Notes under the pieces: model-generated
What the model saw: only the letters and a program-made list of their open reading frames with translations
Told to the model about the DNA's origin: nothing
The model's database searches: none
Position numbers and translations under genes: made by a program
In this document: in pieces, positions 61,281-64,000 of the stretch
How positions within the stretch are numbered: position 1 is the first letter of the stretch
Layout: each line of letters opens with the position of its first letter
Assembly: GCA_951406725.2 (NCBI GenBank)
Contig: OX597814.1
Span: 65,968,001-66,032,000 of the forward strand
Source: Octopus vulgaris
Lineage: Eukaryota
DNA length: 64,000 bases
Direction of reading: 5' to 3'

Positions 61281-62740
61281 TATTATTTTCATTAGCATCT
61301 TTCAATTCTGCCGAGTGTTTTCCTGACACCTAGGGCAGAGAAATCTTACATCCAAAGTTTAGGTGGTCTGCTGTTTCTATCCAATCGTTGCAGCATCGGC
61401 ATTTTGGGTCTACACCATTTTTCATCACATTGACTTGATAGTTCTGGGTCAATAAGCTCTGATCTTGGGCGGCCAAGGTAAAGCTTTCACTCTAAAGCCT
61501 TTAGCCCTTAGCTCCGTAGCCACATATGGGTGTGCCTCTGGTCTACATCATCTTGTTTGTTACGGGCAGCATATTAGCCATGCAGAGGATTTTGTTCCCA
61601 CTTATCAGCCAATTGTTCAAACGCATTTTGATTTGCTATTGATTTCACCTTGTTTGCAACCACAGTTGCCTCCCTTCCATCATGCTCTTCAACCTTAGCA
61701 TTTTACATATATTCACTTGAAAATTTTTTGCTCTCCTTCATAACAGAATGAAGCTTCTTACGTCTTTCATGGTTTTCAAGGAGCTTTAGCATCCAGTCGT
61801 TAGATGTTTCAAGATATTTTGCCAATCCAGTTGTTATGGTTTTGTAGATTTCAAATTGGCTCAAGCATTGACCTCCTTGAGCTCTGGGTAGGTAAAGACG
61901 ATCTGCATCTGCTTTTTGGTGGGGCATTTTATTGCAAGTGAGCAGCTTACAGATTTTCCGGTCAATCTTCCTTATTTCGCTCATATTCCACTTTAACACA
62001 TTGAAACTGTAAATGACAACCGGAACAGCTAAGGAATTTATGGCTAACACCTTGTTACGTACATTTAACTCGGATTTTAGGACTGCTTGTACTCTCCTGT
62101 TATACTCCTTCCTAATCTTCTCTTTCGTATTTGAATTCTGAATGCGAGAGCCCTCATTTATTCCAAGGTATTTGTAAGTTTGTCCTGCTCGAGTTCTTTT
62201 ATGAGTGTCAACATCCAACACCACTGAATGTGAGGTCTTCATTTTCCCTTTCTGGAATGTAGCTTTGGCACATTTATCAAGACTAAATTCCATCCCGATG
62301 TTATCACTGAATTCTTTCACAGTACGTAGTAGTCCTTCAGGCTAATTATCGCCTTTGCCTTAGAGTTTTAAGTTGTCCATATAAAATAGATGTCCCCAAT
62401 TTTATATCCACACCTTCTTCAGTTGAGTTCACTTGTAAGGGCTATGCACAAAATTAAAGATGAAAGTGAGTCACCATGGAAAGTGCTGCAGTGGATATTA
62501 ATAGTTTTTATGGTCAGTACTCCATTAGAGTGGCATAACTGGAGATTCGTATTCGACATTTACATTGAAATCACAGGAGTAATTTTGAAGATATCCAGCG
62601 AATGCCTTTTTATAATGAATCCATGCAGAACTGAGATTTCTGCGTTTGTTGTGACAGTTCTCAAGGCTCATGCGATTAAGAGTTGGTCTTTGCATGCATA
62701 TGAGCCTCGTCGGCACCCTTTTTGTTTAGTGGGAAAATAT

Positions 62741-63267
62741 ATTGTTTAGAGAAAAACAACTTGTTTTAAATCTCTGTGCAAGAGATATACAGTAACAGTG
62801 CCAAATAGTAAGGTTTATATGCCACAAAATATGGCAATCCTTTAAAGGACAATGTTACCGTTATTTTTGCCCCAGGAAAACATCTTTTACTGCTGGCTAT
62901 CAACACACAGTTTGTGTCTGTATAGCATTTGCAAGAGAGGTCATCGCTCCCATTTCTAGTCTTACGTGATACTCACAGACCTATGATTCCGTGTGATTAC
63001 CCGTCCTCAGTGTGAAACAACCACAAACTAGTAACGAAAGGTCTCTCCACTCGCAAATACTATATACACAGTCGCTGATCAAGCATAGGGAAAAACAACC
63101 TGTATTCATTCTCTGAGCGAGAGATATACAGTAACAATACCGAATAGTAAAGTTTATATGCCAACAGAATGTGGCAGTCCTATAAAGGAAGATTTTACTG
63201 TTGTTTTAACCCCAGGAAAACATATTTTCCAACTGGCTATTGACACACAGTTTGTGTCCGTATAGCA
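62741..63267 (-). mobile_element. Non-LTR retrozyme-like element: ~339-nt monomer x ~1.5 with type I hammerhead; 8-bp TSD
   Basis: Direct repeat 62751-62927 / 63090-63267; TSD gaaaatat at 62733-62740 and 63268-63275; hammerhead at 62972-63016. Confidence 0.8.
62972..63016 (-). ncRNA. Type I hammerhead ribozyme (one core change in this copy)
   Basis: UUCACA-CUGAGGA-CGGGU AAUC ACACG-GAAU-CAUAG-GUC-UGUGAG: 6-bp stem I that extends further, GUC site; GAAA reads GAAU here. Confidence 0.72.
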
Positions 63268-63627
63268 GAAAATATCGTTCTGTTCCATAAATTTGTATGT
63301 TCCTTTTTCGAGGATGGATGTTAAAATTTTATACGTGGTAGATAGACATGTTATGGGCTGATAGTTTTGGGGAAATTTGATTTCATTATTCTTCGGAAAT
63401 TGGTAAAAAGAACAATATGATGGTCACAACTGTATGGCAATATGTATTCAAAAATTAATTTAAAGGATAAAGCAGACATGGGAAAGACTCAATCAGGTAT
63501 TTTCGTGGGATCTCTCCTAATTTCAATAAATAACTGGACTAATTTTTCGTGTGCGCACGGGAACGTGGCGAGCCAGAAATTTGACACCCTAACTTAATCA
63601 GGGGAATTCCTATTATTATTATTGTTG

Positions 63628-63703
<76 letters not shown>

Positions 63704-63730
63704 CATCATCATCATCATTATTATTATTAT

Positions 63731-64000
63731 TGCCTTTGCACAGCTTCTAACGCTGGAGATGTACTACGGTGTCAGCTGTTCACTACCAGTGAACTAAGGA
63801 AACATGCCTCATTTTTCGAGCACCTTTCGGAGTATTCGAGCGGTTCCAAGCAGTGCTGGTTTCTGCAAGTGCTCCACCTTTATTGCAGCCCCTGTTTGTT
63901 CCATGTACTTCTCAAGATTTTTACTCACTGTTCCTAGGGCTCCGACAATTATTGGTACTACTACCACCTCTTTTATCGACCACAACTGCTTAACCTCCCA
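63731..64000 (-). mobile_element. R4/Dong family G 3' end (runs off the window)
   Basis: Minus strand: WEVKQLWSIKEVVVVPIIVGALGTVSKNLEKY...LQKPALLGTARILRKVLEK*, short 3' UTR, (TAA)n tail at 63611-63730. Confidence 0.9.

Larger units (their letters stand above)
61295..63610 (-). mobile_element. R4/Dong family B copy 4 (RLE region deleted), interrupted at 62741-63267
   Basis: ORF 61703-62320 is homologous to 22407-23240; the RT sequence is continuous across the insert (gggaaaatat|cgttc, as at 23668-23681). Confidence 0.9.

Overview
AT-rich, microsatellite-saturated animal genomic DNA. The SINE repertoire and repeat style suggest a coleoid cephalopod such as Octopus, but this is an inference. 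No host protein-coding gene can be supported; the window looks intergenic or intronic. It is dominated by three nests (about 15.6-24.7 kb, 29.3-35.3 kb, 52.6-64 kb) of R4/Dong-clade non-LTR retrotransposons (RT + CCHC zinc knuckle + restriction-like endonuclease) from at least 7 families. Many copies lie next to (TAA)n tracts, and a non-coding ~540-nt partner element occupies the same kind of site. Also present are tRNA-derived SINEs, CR1, RTE and Tc1/mariner remnants, two MITE-like foldbacks, and a 6.06-kb hAT-type element with an exact 8-bp TSD that is full of nested insertions. The most interesting hidden layer is catalytic or structured RNA: a ~339-nt tandem-repeat retrozyme-like element with a type I hammerhead and 8-bp TSD (62.7-63.3 kb), a Penelope-type direct+inverted repeat with two hammerheads (1.4-2.7 kb), a minimal hammerhead at 45.56 kb, a possible HDV-like fold in a Dong 5' UTR, and a 182-bp hairpin with clustered G-U pairs. 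All folds and alignments were done by eye and boundaries are approximate unless a TSD is given.
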